Assembly (NCBI RefSeq): GCF_006345805.1
Contig: NC_042997.1
Coordinates: forward strand, 9,610,001-9,674,000
DNA from: Octopus sinensis
Taxonomy: Eukaryota
Reading direction: 5' to 3'
Length of the DNA stretch: 64,000 bases
Below are positions 27,843 to 40,320 of the stretch, one piece after another. The notes beneath the pieces were generated by a model. The model worked only from the letters and a program-made list of their open reading frames with translations. It ran no database searches and was not told the DNA's origin. The position numbers and the translations under genes are program-made. The stretch's first letter is position 1. Each line of letters begins with the position of its first letter.

Positions 27843-28390
27843 TTGAGTGAGAGAGCAGTGCATGCTATCAAAGTGACACTGGCATAAAATATACAAAGCC
27901 CAGTATACCCATCATAACTACCCGTCTGATAAGAGTACGCCAGGCACATGCATCATAACCATATGTGCGTGACATGGTGATCTCATATCAAGATAAACAG
28001 TGCATGACCTTGCAGGTGGGGGCCCAGTTAAAATTTTCTTCTGGTCAAGTAGCCCATCTGCACAAATGGTCTCTGAATAAGGATTGTTTAAGGATGTTGA
28101 GCAAACCACCCTTGTTTCCAAGGCTGAATTATTCAAACTCCAAAGAATTCCTTTCAAGACATGGCTATGATGCTCCCCCTCTACTTCTGCAGAGATGCAC
28201 ATATCGTCTGCTACTAAAGGACATGCTCAACTGGTTACGGTCAAACAACTGACAAACAAATCTGTGGTTTGAGCAGAAAATTTGTTGTAGCCCATCTTTT
28301 ATACCAAGACAAAACACTTTACATGATAACACTTCCAATCAGTTAAGATCAGAAGCCATGAGAGCCACTGTCTGGTACTGCATCAAGGCA

Positions 28391-28393
<3 letters not shown>
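27843..28393 (-). mobile_element. ~560-bp non-coding repeat flanked by (ATT)n, copy 2
   Basis: Colinear with copy 1; (ATT)n on both sides. Confidence 0.75.
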
Positions 28394-28460
<67 letters not shown>

Positions 28461-28478
28461 CATTATTATTATTATTCT
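28394..28478. repeat. (ATT)n microsatellite
   Basis: Directly visible. Confidence 0.95.
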
Positions 28479-29085
28479 ATGTTTGACTTTTGCTTTATAT
28501 TTGTACAAGTTGGCTCCAAGTCTCACCCAGAGACCTCAAGAGACAACAGGTTGGAAGTTCATGTTGTTGTTATGCCTAGTGTGCCATATATTTGGTTTTG
28601 TATTTAGTGTTGTACTAGTGAATGTCTTAAAATAAAAAAAAAAAATTATGTTTGTTTTAAAACTTGAGATTACATAGAAAGTATTTTGTGTAGGATATGA
28701 GCAGTTCCCATGAGTGCTATCTTTTGAATTTCTGCCATTTTTGAGTTTCCTGGTATCTGAGTTAGGTAGCAATCAGACCCTTTTGCTATCATTCCCAGGG
28801 CACCTATGACAACAGGTATTGTTTTAGTCTTCAGGTTCCACATTTTGCTGATTTCTATTTCAAGATCTTTATATTTGCTCAGTTTCTGGTAAGTCTTGAC
28901 AGATATGTTTATATCGATTGGGACAGTCATATCAATGAGGAGGCATGTTCTTTGTCTAAAGTCTTTCAATATGATGTCTGGCCTATTTGCATCTATCTTT
29001 CTGTCAGTTTGAATGGTGAAGTTCCAGAGGAGTGAGATGTGGTCATTTTCAAGCACTGGAATTGGTTTGTGTTCCCTCATTTATT
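28479..29085 (-). mobile_element. R4/Dong-clade non-LTR retrotransposon 3' end (restriction-like endonuclease domain)
   Basis: LLWNFTIQTDRKIDANRPDIILKD...LIDMTVP...KLSKYKDL...IPVVIGALG is a PD-(D/E)xK RLE; the 3' end runs into (TAA)n. Confidence 0.88.
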
Positions 29086-32000
29086 TTTACTGCTTAATCA
29101 GACAGGGCAAGGCCTCTGAAACTGTCAGCAGAAAATAAGGAAGTAGTCCTCAAATCAGAAACTTGGCTTTAATGTTTTGTAACAGGGTGAACTCTGATGG
29201 TGGTGTTAAAAGAGAAGATGCCATTTCGACTACCAACAGATATTCAATGACAAACTCCCAACGCAAAGGACCAAAATAAGATAACAGATGTAACGTGATA
29301 AGGAAGATGATGATGAGGAGGAGGAGGTCGATGATGATGGAAATGAGGAGGAAAATGATAACAATAATGAGGATGTTGATGATAATGAAGACAATGATGG
29401 CAATGGTAGTAGCAGTGATAGCGATGGCTACACAAGCAGTTGTGACAGTAGCAGCAACAGCAGCAGCAGCAGTGATGACATCAGTGATGTTGATTCAGTG
29501 ATGTTGATATTACACTATCTTCGACTGAAGGATAGGCATTGCAAATAAAGTATTGTACTTAACTCAAGCTTTCGCTTCCTTCACTGAGAGGATTATAACT
29601 AAACATTGTTTATATGTGATCAACCATTTCGATTCGAATGTTACCACCATTCCTTTCCAATTCCACATACATTGTGTTACTGGTTAGCTGCAGAACAACC
29701 TTGGCTGAGCAGATCTGTGATCACAGACATTCATCCATGACTATTCCATTATTTTTTCTTATTTAAGGTACGGTGATTTTACACAGATTTGAGAGAAACT
29801 GAAATTTGTCTTAAATATTATATGTTATAAATTTTCACTTCTTTTCCATGATTTACCCATCTGTTTAAATGTTACAGGAGGTAGAACGTGTCCAGTGAAT
29901 AAATGCATGTTAATAGAGAATGTTAGTTACAATAATGTTCATCATTAGATATAAATAAAAAGCAAAATATATTGGAATAATCAAATGATAACAAACCCTT
30001 GTGTTAGCATAGAGATTTCTTTGTAGTGCAGATATAAAGACATAACTAAATAATGTGATTGTTCTCTGGAGGTCATGTTTATTTACCAATACTGATAGGC
30101 TTTCCTTAGAGAAATAATATTTTCATATAAGAATTAATGGCTCTCTCTCAAGAGATTAAATGTGATGTGTTCAGTTAATTTGAACAAAAGCACAGGAAAT
30201 TCTTCGTAAAGATGTTTTTTCTAGTAATTGCTTTTAGTTGTTGAAGATTTGCCAACAGATTACAGCCATAGAGAAATGTTAATTGTCAGACATTTTCAAG
30301 TACCAGAAGAAGTACGAAATATTAAGTATAGAGAAATGAGAATAGATAACAGTAAAACACAAAATTAAAGATAGAGTTGTTAATTTTCCTAATTTTTCAT
30401 GTCTTTAATCTAACCAACACCCAATTGAAAGTGCTATGTGTAGTGCGATATGATATGATACAAAATTCATTTCCAACATTTTATATCTAATATGTAATAT
30501 CAATAGCAAAGGCAGAACTTGAGATACTAAAACTGAAGACAAATAAATGATAAGTGAAAACTAATTGCTTCTAACAAAGGGAAGCAACATCCGTTAGAAA
30601 ATTTTATGTATTTTGTGAAATTTCTTTAGGTAATCTGTGCTTTTAAAATCTGATTTAAAATAAATATAGAGATGTGAAGATATAAAATAGAATACTAAAG
30701 ATTTTAAATTAAACTTTAGTATGATTCAGTGATAATATTTATGGTTTCTTATTTAGGCTCAAGTCCAATTTGTAGAAGAGTGATACAAATAAATACTTGT
30801 ACTTTTCCATTGGTCCCTACCTCAAGAGATGAATAGAAAAGTCATCTTCAGTAGTACTTATATTCTTTCTTTCTCTCTCTCTTTCTTTCTTTCTCTCTCT
30901 CTCTCTTTGTATATATATTATCAAGATCATCATCATCATTTTAGGGTCCCCTATTCCATACTGGCATTGGTCAAATAGAATTTACTAAGGCAGGTTTTCT
31001 ATGACCAGATGGCATCCCTGTGCTTCACCTATTTCCAAGTAAGATAATATTTCTCCAAAGCCAGACAAGTTGTCACAGAGAATTATTTGTATGATAGGAG
31101 TACTTGTTTACAACTATCATACTATCATGTGATGTCAAAGCAAGGAGACATTAACATACACATGCACACACACACACACACAAGTACACACACACAAACA
31201 CACACACACAAACACACACAAACACACACATACACACACAAACACACAGATACACAGAGGCACAAACATACATACTTATATACATATATATATGTATGTG
31301 TGTAGATAGATAGGTAGAGAGAGATGACAGGTTTCTTTCAGTTTCTGTCAACCAGATCAACCCACAAAATTTGGTCAGTCCAGGGCTGTGGTAAAAGATT
31401 CTTATCCAAAACACCATGCAGTAGGACTGAACCTAGAACCTTAATCTTGGGAAACTCATATATCTATGAGTGTGTGTATGTGTGTGCATACTTGTGACTG
31501 TGTATGTATGTTCATAGTATTTGTAGGTACAGATGGGAGGTTTAAAGCAATATTCAATACCAAGGGACAAGAGTTATTTATGGTTTTGACTGCTGGCACC
31601 TTACATCTAGGCATTCAAATTTCTTGTTCCTGATCATCAGATTGGATATGAAATGCCATAGAGGTGTTCCATTGTTCAAAATATATAGGAAAGGATGTGA
31701 GAAATTTGAATAAGAACAGTAGATAGTTGGGGAAAAGGGGAGAGAAAAGAAAAGAAAAGTAAGGGGGAAAAGAGAGAAAATCATGCATTTTTAGTTGTTG
31801 TTGGCAAGTGAGTGGAGAGGAAATTATTCAAGCTTATATGTTGGTTGACCTTTGGAATTAAGCTGAAGATTGATGATAAATGTAAGGCTCATAAACTATG
31901 AATCGTTGCTTGGTTTCTCTGCTTACCAACCTATTACTCAACTTACGCACCATCCTTCACTAGCCCTGTCTAAGTGAAACTGTATTGGTCCATCTTCATG

Positions 32001-32231
32001 TTTCTACCTGTGTCCACCTTTTCTCTTTCGTTCATTTCTCCACTCATTTCTATGATAACCTTATCATTTATATATCTCATTTCATCATTTGCAATACTCT
32101 CTTGTTTACCCACTGCCAGCCATCACTCCTCCTCAACCTTCTATTTTTCATTTCATCACTGTGCTCTCCCGACAGCTTAATGATGATGATGATGATAATG
32201 ATGATGACAACATATAGCAGGATTCCATATA

Positions 32232-32644
32232 GGCGCAGGAATGGCTGTGTGGTAAGTAGCTTGCTAACCAACCACATGGTTCCGGGTTCAGTCCCACTGC
32301 GTGGCATCTTGGGCAAGTGTCTTCCGCTATAGCCCCGGGCCGACCAATGCCTTGTGAGTGGATTTGGTAGACGGAAACTGAAAGAAGCCTGTCGTATATA
32401 TGTATATATATAAATATGTATGTGTGTGTGTGTTTGTGTGTCTGTGTTTGTCCCCCTAGCATTGCTTGACAACCGATGCTGGTGTGTTTACGTCCCCGTC
32501 ACTTAGCGGTTCGGCAAAAGAGACTGATAGAATAAGTACTGGGCTTACAAAGAATAAGTCCCGGGGTCGATTTGCTCGACTAAAGGCGGTGCTCCAACAT
32601 GGCCGCAGTCAAATGACTGAAACAAGTAAAAGAGAGTAAAGAGT
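32232..32644 (+). mobile_element. SINE family A, full length
   Basis: Same head/core/tail as 23314. Confidence 0.9.
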
Positions 32645-33083
32645 AGGTTCACTCCACTAAATTCTACCAAATTTACATGCAAGCTATATACACTGGCCAA
32701 TGAAGGTGCACTGTGGAACAGAATCCAAACCTACAAGGTTGAGAAGCAAACTTCTTAACTATATACCCATGCCTATACTGAGCCGTGCATGCATGTGTGA
32801 GTGTTCTAGTGTATGCATGTGTGTGCATGGGTGTGGATTTCTCTGTGGACACACATGTGTGTGTGGATGTCTCTATGTACACACATGTGTGTTTGTGTGT
32901 TTAAGCATGCATCTGTGTGTTTACTGGTGTATTGTATTCATTATCCTCATCTTTTAACGTTCATTCACCATGCTGCCATGAGTTGAAGGGTTTGATAGCA
33001 TGGTCAGCAAGAGAGTTGCCTGCTCTTGTCAAATTGTCCAACTCATGACAGCATGGAAAACAGATGTTAAAAGATGATGATGT

Positions 33084-33131
<48 letters not shown>

Positions 33132-33783
33132 CGACGACGACGACGACAACAAAGAATAATACGAAGAAGAAGAAGAAGAAGAAGAAGAAGACAATATGTC
33201 ATAGTGTAACTTACTAAATTAGTTTCAGATTTAAAAATATCTTCCTATATTGATATGATTGACAAAAACTCTTGAAAACAGTGCCACAGTAAAGGTTGCA
33301 GTTCAATGACTGAAACCAGTGAAAGTGTAAAAGTATATTTGTTTATGAGAGTAAGATTCCTTCTTGAAATATTAAAATCACTGAACACTTTATTAATTTA
33401 CATTCTATATACCAAGCATTCTATCAAAAACATCTGCTCAAATTCAGCCCTATTAGTGGGACATAAAGTTGTTACATTTCCCTACAAAAATTGTGAATGA
33501 CTTCTTGTAAAAGATGCTGCTTCCTCTTCATTCATTCTTGGTGAATGTAACATTTATATGGATGAGTTAACATAAAGCAGTGTTCAATGTTCATTGCATG
33601 CTTCAATTATTTATTGTAATGCTCTTACACTAGCAGGTTAGAAGTGATAGCCAAATCACTGCCTGTCTTCTGGTTTTCAGTTTAGCTCCTCTCTATAACC
33701 AACAAATGGCTTCTCTTTTTCCAGCCCTTCCCATCATGCTAGTAGCCCTGCACCCTTTTCATCTTATTCCTATGGCTGTATGT

Positions 33784-34173
33784 TGTGGAGGCGCAATGGT
33801 CCAGTGGTTAGGGCAGCGGACTCGCGGTCGGAGGATCGCGGTTTCGATTCCCAGACCGGGCGTTGTGTGTGTTTATTGAGCGAAAACACCTAAAGCTCCA
33901 CGAGGCTCCGGCAGGGGGTGGTGGCAACCCCTGTTGTACTCTTTCACCTCAACTTTCTCTCACTCCACTCTTACTTCCTGTTTCTGTTGTACCTGTATTT
34001 CAAGGGGCCGGCCTTGTCACTCTCTGTGTCGCGCTGAATATCCCTGAGAACTACGTTAAGGGTGCACGTGTCTGTGGAGTGCTCAGCCACTTACATGTTA
34101 ATTTCACGAGCAGGCTGTTCCGTTGATTCGGATCAACCGGAACCCTCATCGTCGTAACCGACGGAGTGCTTCC
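33784..34173 (+). mobile_element. SINE family B, CpG-rich (young-looking) copy
   Basis: Intact A/B boxes; imperfect flanking duplication c.atggct.tatgt. Confidence 0.88.
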
Positions 34174-35744
34174 ATCCATGGCTTTATGTATTACCTCTAC
34201 TAACTGGGCAAAGATTCTTCTACAGTCAATTTTGAATGGGAATAACCATGCTTTGCAGTCCTAGTATTTGTCATTCTTCTCTTCATAGGTTAGATACCAC
34301 CCTTCTTCCTTTTGGACTGAAGTTCAATCAGGATTATCTTTTTTGCCCCTTTGGATGAATGACCAATAATGGATGACTTAGCGGAATTATTGCAGCCTCA
34401 TTTTCAGGTCTACATTCATTCATATCCTTTGTGATGGCCATTAATAATGTCAGCTTGTTATTCTTGTTGAGATCAATGACAGTTTTCACTCTCCCTTATA
34501 AATTTGAATAACGGTGTTGGCTTCTCTTGTTAATGAGTGTCGTGAGCACCTTGTCATAGGTGTTCATGACTCACTTAAGAGAGATGTCATAGGCATCTAT
34601 CTTAAGTGAGTGCTGTTTCACACCCTACCAAGATGTGTGCCAAAATCCAATTTCCAACACAAACCCTATACAGCCAGTTCTCTCTCATGACCCATGTGTG
34701 AAAATTCGTGGCATCAGAAATGTATGAAAAACCACTCACAGCTGGAAGGAGATATGAAAAGTTCCAATTTCCATAGGTCTGCTCATTTGATCTTCCTCTT
34801 GAGGAGAACCCAGGGATATTAGCTTCACAAACCTTCACCTTTGTCTTACCTTCTTCCCTGATTCATGACAATCTCCTCCTTGAGTTTACAATTCAGTTAA
34901 CACCTATGACACAATACACCATAAAATTATTTCAACCTCCTAATTCTTCATTTTTCACCATACACAGATTTCTATAATGGAACTTCATTATGATAATTCT
35001 GTCATTCTATGATCATATACTTTCTTCCTGTCATTTCATCCTATACAACATGCAGTAGATATTATAACTCAAGAATCAAATTTTGAGTTGTTAGTCCTCT
35101 TTTATTTTCTCATCTTTCTTCTCTGTTTCTTCTTCTCTCATCTCTTCCACCTCTGTTCTTCTCTCGCGTCCCCACCATTACTTCTCTTTCCTCTCTAGTT
35201 CTTCTCATTTTATTTCTTTCCTCTCACCTCTATCTATTCTCTATACAACTAGCTTAGTAGTTAGCAATTACATTCTAGTAGTTGACAAGTGTAATAAATT
35301 CTATACACTCAGCTTGGAAATGTTTGGCAATGTGATTTGTGGCTGGAGCAAGGTAGCTTAGAAAGTAGAATCTTCAAGATATTTAGATAATAAATTTCGA
35401 AATGAACAGTTTGGTACCGTGTAAATTTCTACTCAACTATGAAAAAGAAAGACATGAACTTATGAAATATACTTGGGTTTAAATGTGAATTATGTATTTA
35501 TTTATAATTCAACCATAAATTCTTAAAGCCAAAGAATCAATTGGAAACTTCTGTTATATTTATGCTTTTGATAACTGGAATTGTTTTGACTAGGACTGAA
35601 AATGTGGTTGAATATTCACAGCAGTTCCACAATATATGACAGTTGCGTTTGAAATGCAGAGAAGACTTTTGTTAGTTCTTTTACAATAATGTGCAGTATT
35701 TAACAATCTACTAATTCATTTAGTTTCTGCTGTTGTTGACGTCG

Positions 35745-35776
<32 letters not shown>

Positions 35777-36295
35777 GGTGGAAGGTGGTGGTGGTGGTAC
35801 ATCTATGACTATATCATCCGTTGCGTCCTTCCACCTTTAAGACTGTTAGGTGTGGTTTCAGTTTTGGTTGCTCTTTTCTATTAGATCAAAGTGAACACAT
35901 AGAAACTCTGAATCTTACAGGGTCATCATCATCATCAGAATTCATTGCTGTTTAACCCCCGGGCGAATCTTATTTGAGCAAAATTATGAAGAAAGACATT
36001 TCAACCATGACCAGTCCATTTCTTCCTTCAGATTCTATGTAACAATTTACAAAAAAAAAAAAAATGACAGAATATGATTTGAGGAATATATCGTTTGTCT
36101 TTTATCTTTTACTTGTTTCATTCATTGGACTGTGGTCATACTGGTACACCATCTTCAGGGTTTTTAATCAAACAAATCGACCCAAGGCATTTTTTAAAGC
36201 CTGGTACTTATTATATCGGTCTTTGCTAAGTTATAGGGACATAAATAAACCAGCACCAGTTTTCATGTAGTGGTAGGGAACAAACATAAAGACAA

Positions 36296-36535
36296 ACCCA
36301 TATATATTTCTTTATTGCCCACAAGGGGCTAAATATAGAGAGGACAAACAGGACAGACAAAGGGATTAAGTCGATTACATCGACCCCAGTGAGAAACTGG
36401 TACTTAATTTATCGACCCCGAAAGGATGAAAGGCAAAGTCGACCTTGGCGGAATTTGAACTCAGAACGTAATGACAGACGAAATACCGCTAAGCATTCCG
36501 ACCGGCACGCTAACGTGTCTGCCAGCTCGCCGCCA
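36296..36535 (-). mobile_element. SINE family C
   Basis: Family core; flanking acccatata duplication. Confidence 0.88.
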
Positions 36536-37184
36536 CCCATATAGACATATATGACTGACTTCCAATTACAAGGCTTTGGTTGGCCTGAGGATATAATAGA
36601 AGTTACTTGCCTAAGGTGTCACACAGTGGGACTGAAACCAGAACCATGTGTTTAGGAAGCAAGCTTCTTATCACTCACCTATGCCTGCACTTAGAACACA
36701 GCCATGCCTGCAGCAAGTTGGGTGGCAGAATAAAAATTCTCTCTCATTGGCTTGGATTCGAGTGGTAAATTAATGTTTTATTATAACCAGCTCTGTGGAA
36801 TGGGAGTTTCCCAGTTATTCTTGCCCTTGGATATTTTGAGCACCTGAAGTCAGTCTAGATACTGTTCCATATAGGGTTTCAAGAAAAATATTTGCATTGA
36901 AGAAGGAACATTTGCATTTATGAAGGTTCAGCTGTACTGAAAAAGTTTCTTTTGTTCTATAATGTTCTCCAACCTATTAGAAATACATCCAAATTTCCCT
37001 CAAATTAAAACCTCGTGCCATAAAGAGAAATAGGACATATTGTATATTGGGGTGCAATATTTCTCATAAAAAGTGTGTAAATGATTTCATATTCTTAGTA
37101 AGAATGCACATAAACATAATTAGGACACATTGTATGTTAGGTACTAATTTTATTCTAATATTTCCTTCAGTTAAGAGGTGAGCT

Positions 37185-37352
37185 GGCAGGAGTGGCTGTG
37201 TGGTAAGTAGCTTGCTTACAAACCACATGGTTCTGGGTTCAGTCCCACTGCATGGTACCTTGGGCAAGTGTCTTCTACTATTGCCTCGGGCCGACCAAAG
37301 CCTTGTGAGTGGATTTTAGTAGACAGAAACTGAAAGAAGCCCGTCGTATATA

Positions 37353-37419
<67 letters not shown>

Positions 37420-37638
37420 ATATGTTTATGCGTCTGTGTTTGTCCCCCACAACATCGCTTGACAACCGATGCTGGTGTGTTCACAACCCCCGTAACTTAG
37501 CAGTTCGGCAAAAGAGACCGATAGAATAAGTACTAGGCTTACAAAGAATATGTTCTGGGGTCGATTTGCTCGACTAAAGGTGGTGCTCCAGCATGGCCAC
37601 AGTCAAATGACTGAAACATATAAAAGAGTAAAAGAGTA
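37185..37638 (+). mobile_element. SINE family A, full length
   Basis: Head, (TA)n(TG)n linker and tail all present. Confidence 0.9.
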
Positions 37639-37995
37639 TGCTGGACAAATTGCTTAATGGCATTTCGTTTATCTTTACATTCTGGGTTCAAATTTTGTTG
37701 ATGTTGACTTCACCTTTCATTCTTTCAGGATCAATAAAGTAAGTACCAGTTGAACAGTGGGGCTGATGTAATTGACTTTCCCCTTGTCCCAAACCTGCTG
37801 GCTTTGTGCCAAAATCTGAAACCAATATTTGCTTCAACATGTTTGTCATTTTAATGAAAATGGAAAGATATCTAGTTCATGCAATAGTAGTTTGGTGTGT
37901 TAATTAGTGACAGTTGTTTCAGAGTATTTTATTCTTTTTATTTTATTGTCACTAATGTAACTTTACTTTTTCAGATTCAGGTAAGATCAGGTAAT

Positions 37996-38380
37996 ACTTT
38001 ATACTTTTTCTTTTATACTTTTACTTGTTTCAGTCATTTGACTGCGGCCATGCTGGAGCACCGCCTTTAGTCGAGCAACTCGACCCCGGGACTTATTCTT
38101 TTGTAAGCCCAGTACTTATTCTATCGGCATCTTTTGCCGAACCGCTAAGTAACGGGGGACATAAACACACCAGCATCGGTTGACAAACACACACACATCT
38201 ATATATATACATATATACGACAGGCTTCTTTCACTTTCTGTCTACCAAATCCACTCACAAGGCATTGGTCGGCCCGGGGCCACGGCAGAGGACACCTGCC
38301 CAAGATGCCACGCAGTGGGACCGAACCCGGAACCACGTGGTTGGTTAGCAAGCTACTTACCACACAGCCACTCCTGCGCC
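37996..38380 (-). mobile_element. SINE family A, full length, inverted relative to 37185
   Basis: Reverse complement of family A head and tail. Confidence 0.9.
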
Positions 38381-38679
38381 TATATATATACATACATACA
38401 CACATACACACACATGATGTATTCTGATGCTGAGGATGACATATGAGTGTTCAGTTTCTGCTGAATGACCTGCGCATACGATTAGTTCACTCCCTCTGGC
38501 AAAATCAACGTTGTCTGAACGGGTACACAAATGTACCACGGGTCAGGTGTTGAAGTGATTTGCTCAAGGACACAACACACTGCTTGATCCAGGAACTGAA
38601 CTCACGATCCAGTGATCATGAGCACAACACCCTGATCACTAGGCCACACACATACATTATGTGTGTCTCGGGCATGGGT

Positions 38680-38828
38680 ATGCGCGGGCATGGCTGTGTG
38701 GTTAGGGAGCTTGCTTCCTGGCCACATGGTTTCGGGTTCAGTCCCACCGCGTGGCACCTTGGGCAGGTGTCCTCTACTACAGCCCCGAGCCGACCGAAGC
38801 CTTGAGATTGAATTCGGTAGGCGGAAGT
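38680..38828 (+). mobile_element. SINE family A, head only
   Basis: tggctgtgtggttagggagcttgcttcc...gggttcagtccc...ccttgggcaggtgtc. Confidence 0.8.
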
Positions 38829-38838
38829 TACTGCCTTG

Positions 38839-38900
38839 TGTATATGGTGTATATGGTGTATATGGTGTATATGGTGTATATGGTGTATATGGTGTATATG
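38839..38900. repeat. 9-bp tandem repeat (GTGTATATG)n
   Basis: About seven consecutive units visible. Confidence 0.9.
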
Positions 38901-39433
38901 TGCATGTAGGTGCTCAGTGCCTCTCCGAAAAAGAGAGAGAAGGATATATATATATACACATATACGTGTGTGTGTTATATGCATATAGAGAAAATGATGC
39001 TGTGTGGAAAAGGAAGGAAAAAGTTAAATGAAGAGGGAGGTTGAAGAGAGAAGGGGAGAAGGAGACAAGTGGTGAGTATAAGTGGGAGGGAGTTAGATGA
39101 AATATGAGAAGAGAAAGGGTGAAAGGGGGGGAGAGAGACGTAACTGGGAAGTGTGAGTGAGACGGAGAGTACAAAATGGGTGAAGTGAGAGGTGGATGGC
39201 ATCAGCCCACAGATGCCACGTCACCTCAATTGCTGACCGTAACAGGGAGGGGTCCAAGGTTGCTGGAGATCTCGGAAGACGGAATGTTTGCAGCACCAAA
39301 TGATGATGATGATGATGATGACAACAACAATGATGATGATGATGATGACCATTGGTGCGTGTATGTGTATGCATGTGAATGTGTGTGTGTGTGTGTGGAG
39401 AAACAGGTTTGGTTGTTGTGGCCGCATTTCTTT

Positions 39434-40289
39434 TCAGAGGTCGTCAAAAGGCAAGGTTCGTGTGATGTTGAGTGTATCCTTGAGCATCAGGTCCCTGAGG
39501 GCCCAGAGGGCATTAGTGATGGAGCCGTGATAGTTGCTCCCGTGTGACATCCAATGGGTGGGCAGTTGCTTCTCGCTCTGAGTGGAGACCGTCTCTGGAG
39601 TGGCAGTCAGGGTCTTGTTCCAATCACTCACACACCGGCTGTTGGAGTTCAAACCTTCAATATACCTGATGTATGCTTCAGAATGAAGAAGTCTCTGAGT
39701 GCGGGGAGGCACAGCAACAAATATTGGAGAAGGTGGGCGTGGTTGAGGAGGTGGCGCCATCTGCTGGCCTCCTGGTATTGGCTGAAATCCTGGGAACCGC
39801 ATGCCGGGCAGAAGATGATGGTGATGTTGTTGTTGTTGTTGGTTGTGGTGGTGGTGGTGTTGGTGTGGCAGTTGTTGTTGCTGCTGTTGTTGTTGTTGTT
39901 GCAGATGAAATGGTGACATGTAAACTGTGCGTGGGCGCTGTCCAGCTCCTTGTTGTTGTTGTAGTAGTTGTTGTTGTTGTTGCAGTAGTAGGTGCTGCTG
40001 CTGCTGCTGTTGATGGTGGTGGTGGTGCGGTTGCTGGGCTCCTGAAGGGGACATGTCACCAATACCACCTCCGCCGCCACTGACTCCCACCACACCATGG
40101 GGCAGCACCATAGCCCCTGCCAGAACCACTCCTCGTTGTGCGACGTTGCTGTTTGGGACACCAGCCATACCAGGAAGATGTATTCCTTGGAAGGCTTGGA
40201 ATCCAAACTGGTTCTGGAAATTACCTGGTATTGGTTGTCCATTTGGCATGGCGCCGGCTGTACCAGCTGCTGGGGACATGCTGTACCAG
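39434..40289 (-). CDS. PBRM1: Polybromo-1 (BAF180) terminal coding exon; exact 3' splice site uncertain (candidate exon starts 40299, 40289, 40280)
   Basis: PIFVAVPPRTQRLLHSEAYIRYIEGL...SDWNKTL...LPTHW...ALWALRDLMLKDTLNI matches the conserved PBRM1 C-terminus (human PMFVAPPPKTQRLLHSEAYLKYIEGL...LPSHW...ALWRLRDLMLRDTLNI). It is preceded by a Gly/Pro/Gln-rich region; TGA at 39436-39434. Confidence 0.93.
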
Positions 40290-40320
40290 CTGCAGGTAAC
40301 TTTGAAAATCCTTTTACATT

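Noticed and set aside
33784-33860. tRNA-like sequences at SINE heads as tRNA genes
   Set aside because: They run directly into multi-copy SINE bodies and lack a proper acceptor stem and terminator.
35412-35421. tggtaccgtg as an LTR primer-binding site
   Set aside because: Short imperfect match; no paired LTR or gag/pol seen.
39673-40083. 136-aa plus-strand ORF, and other overlapping ORFs at 39554-40358
   Set aside because: Antisense or alternative-frame shadows of the CAG/CAA/CAC-rich PBRM1 exon.
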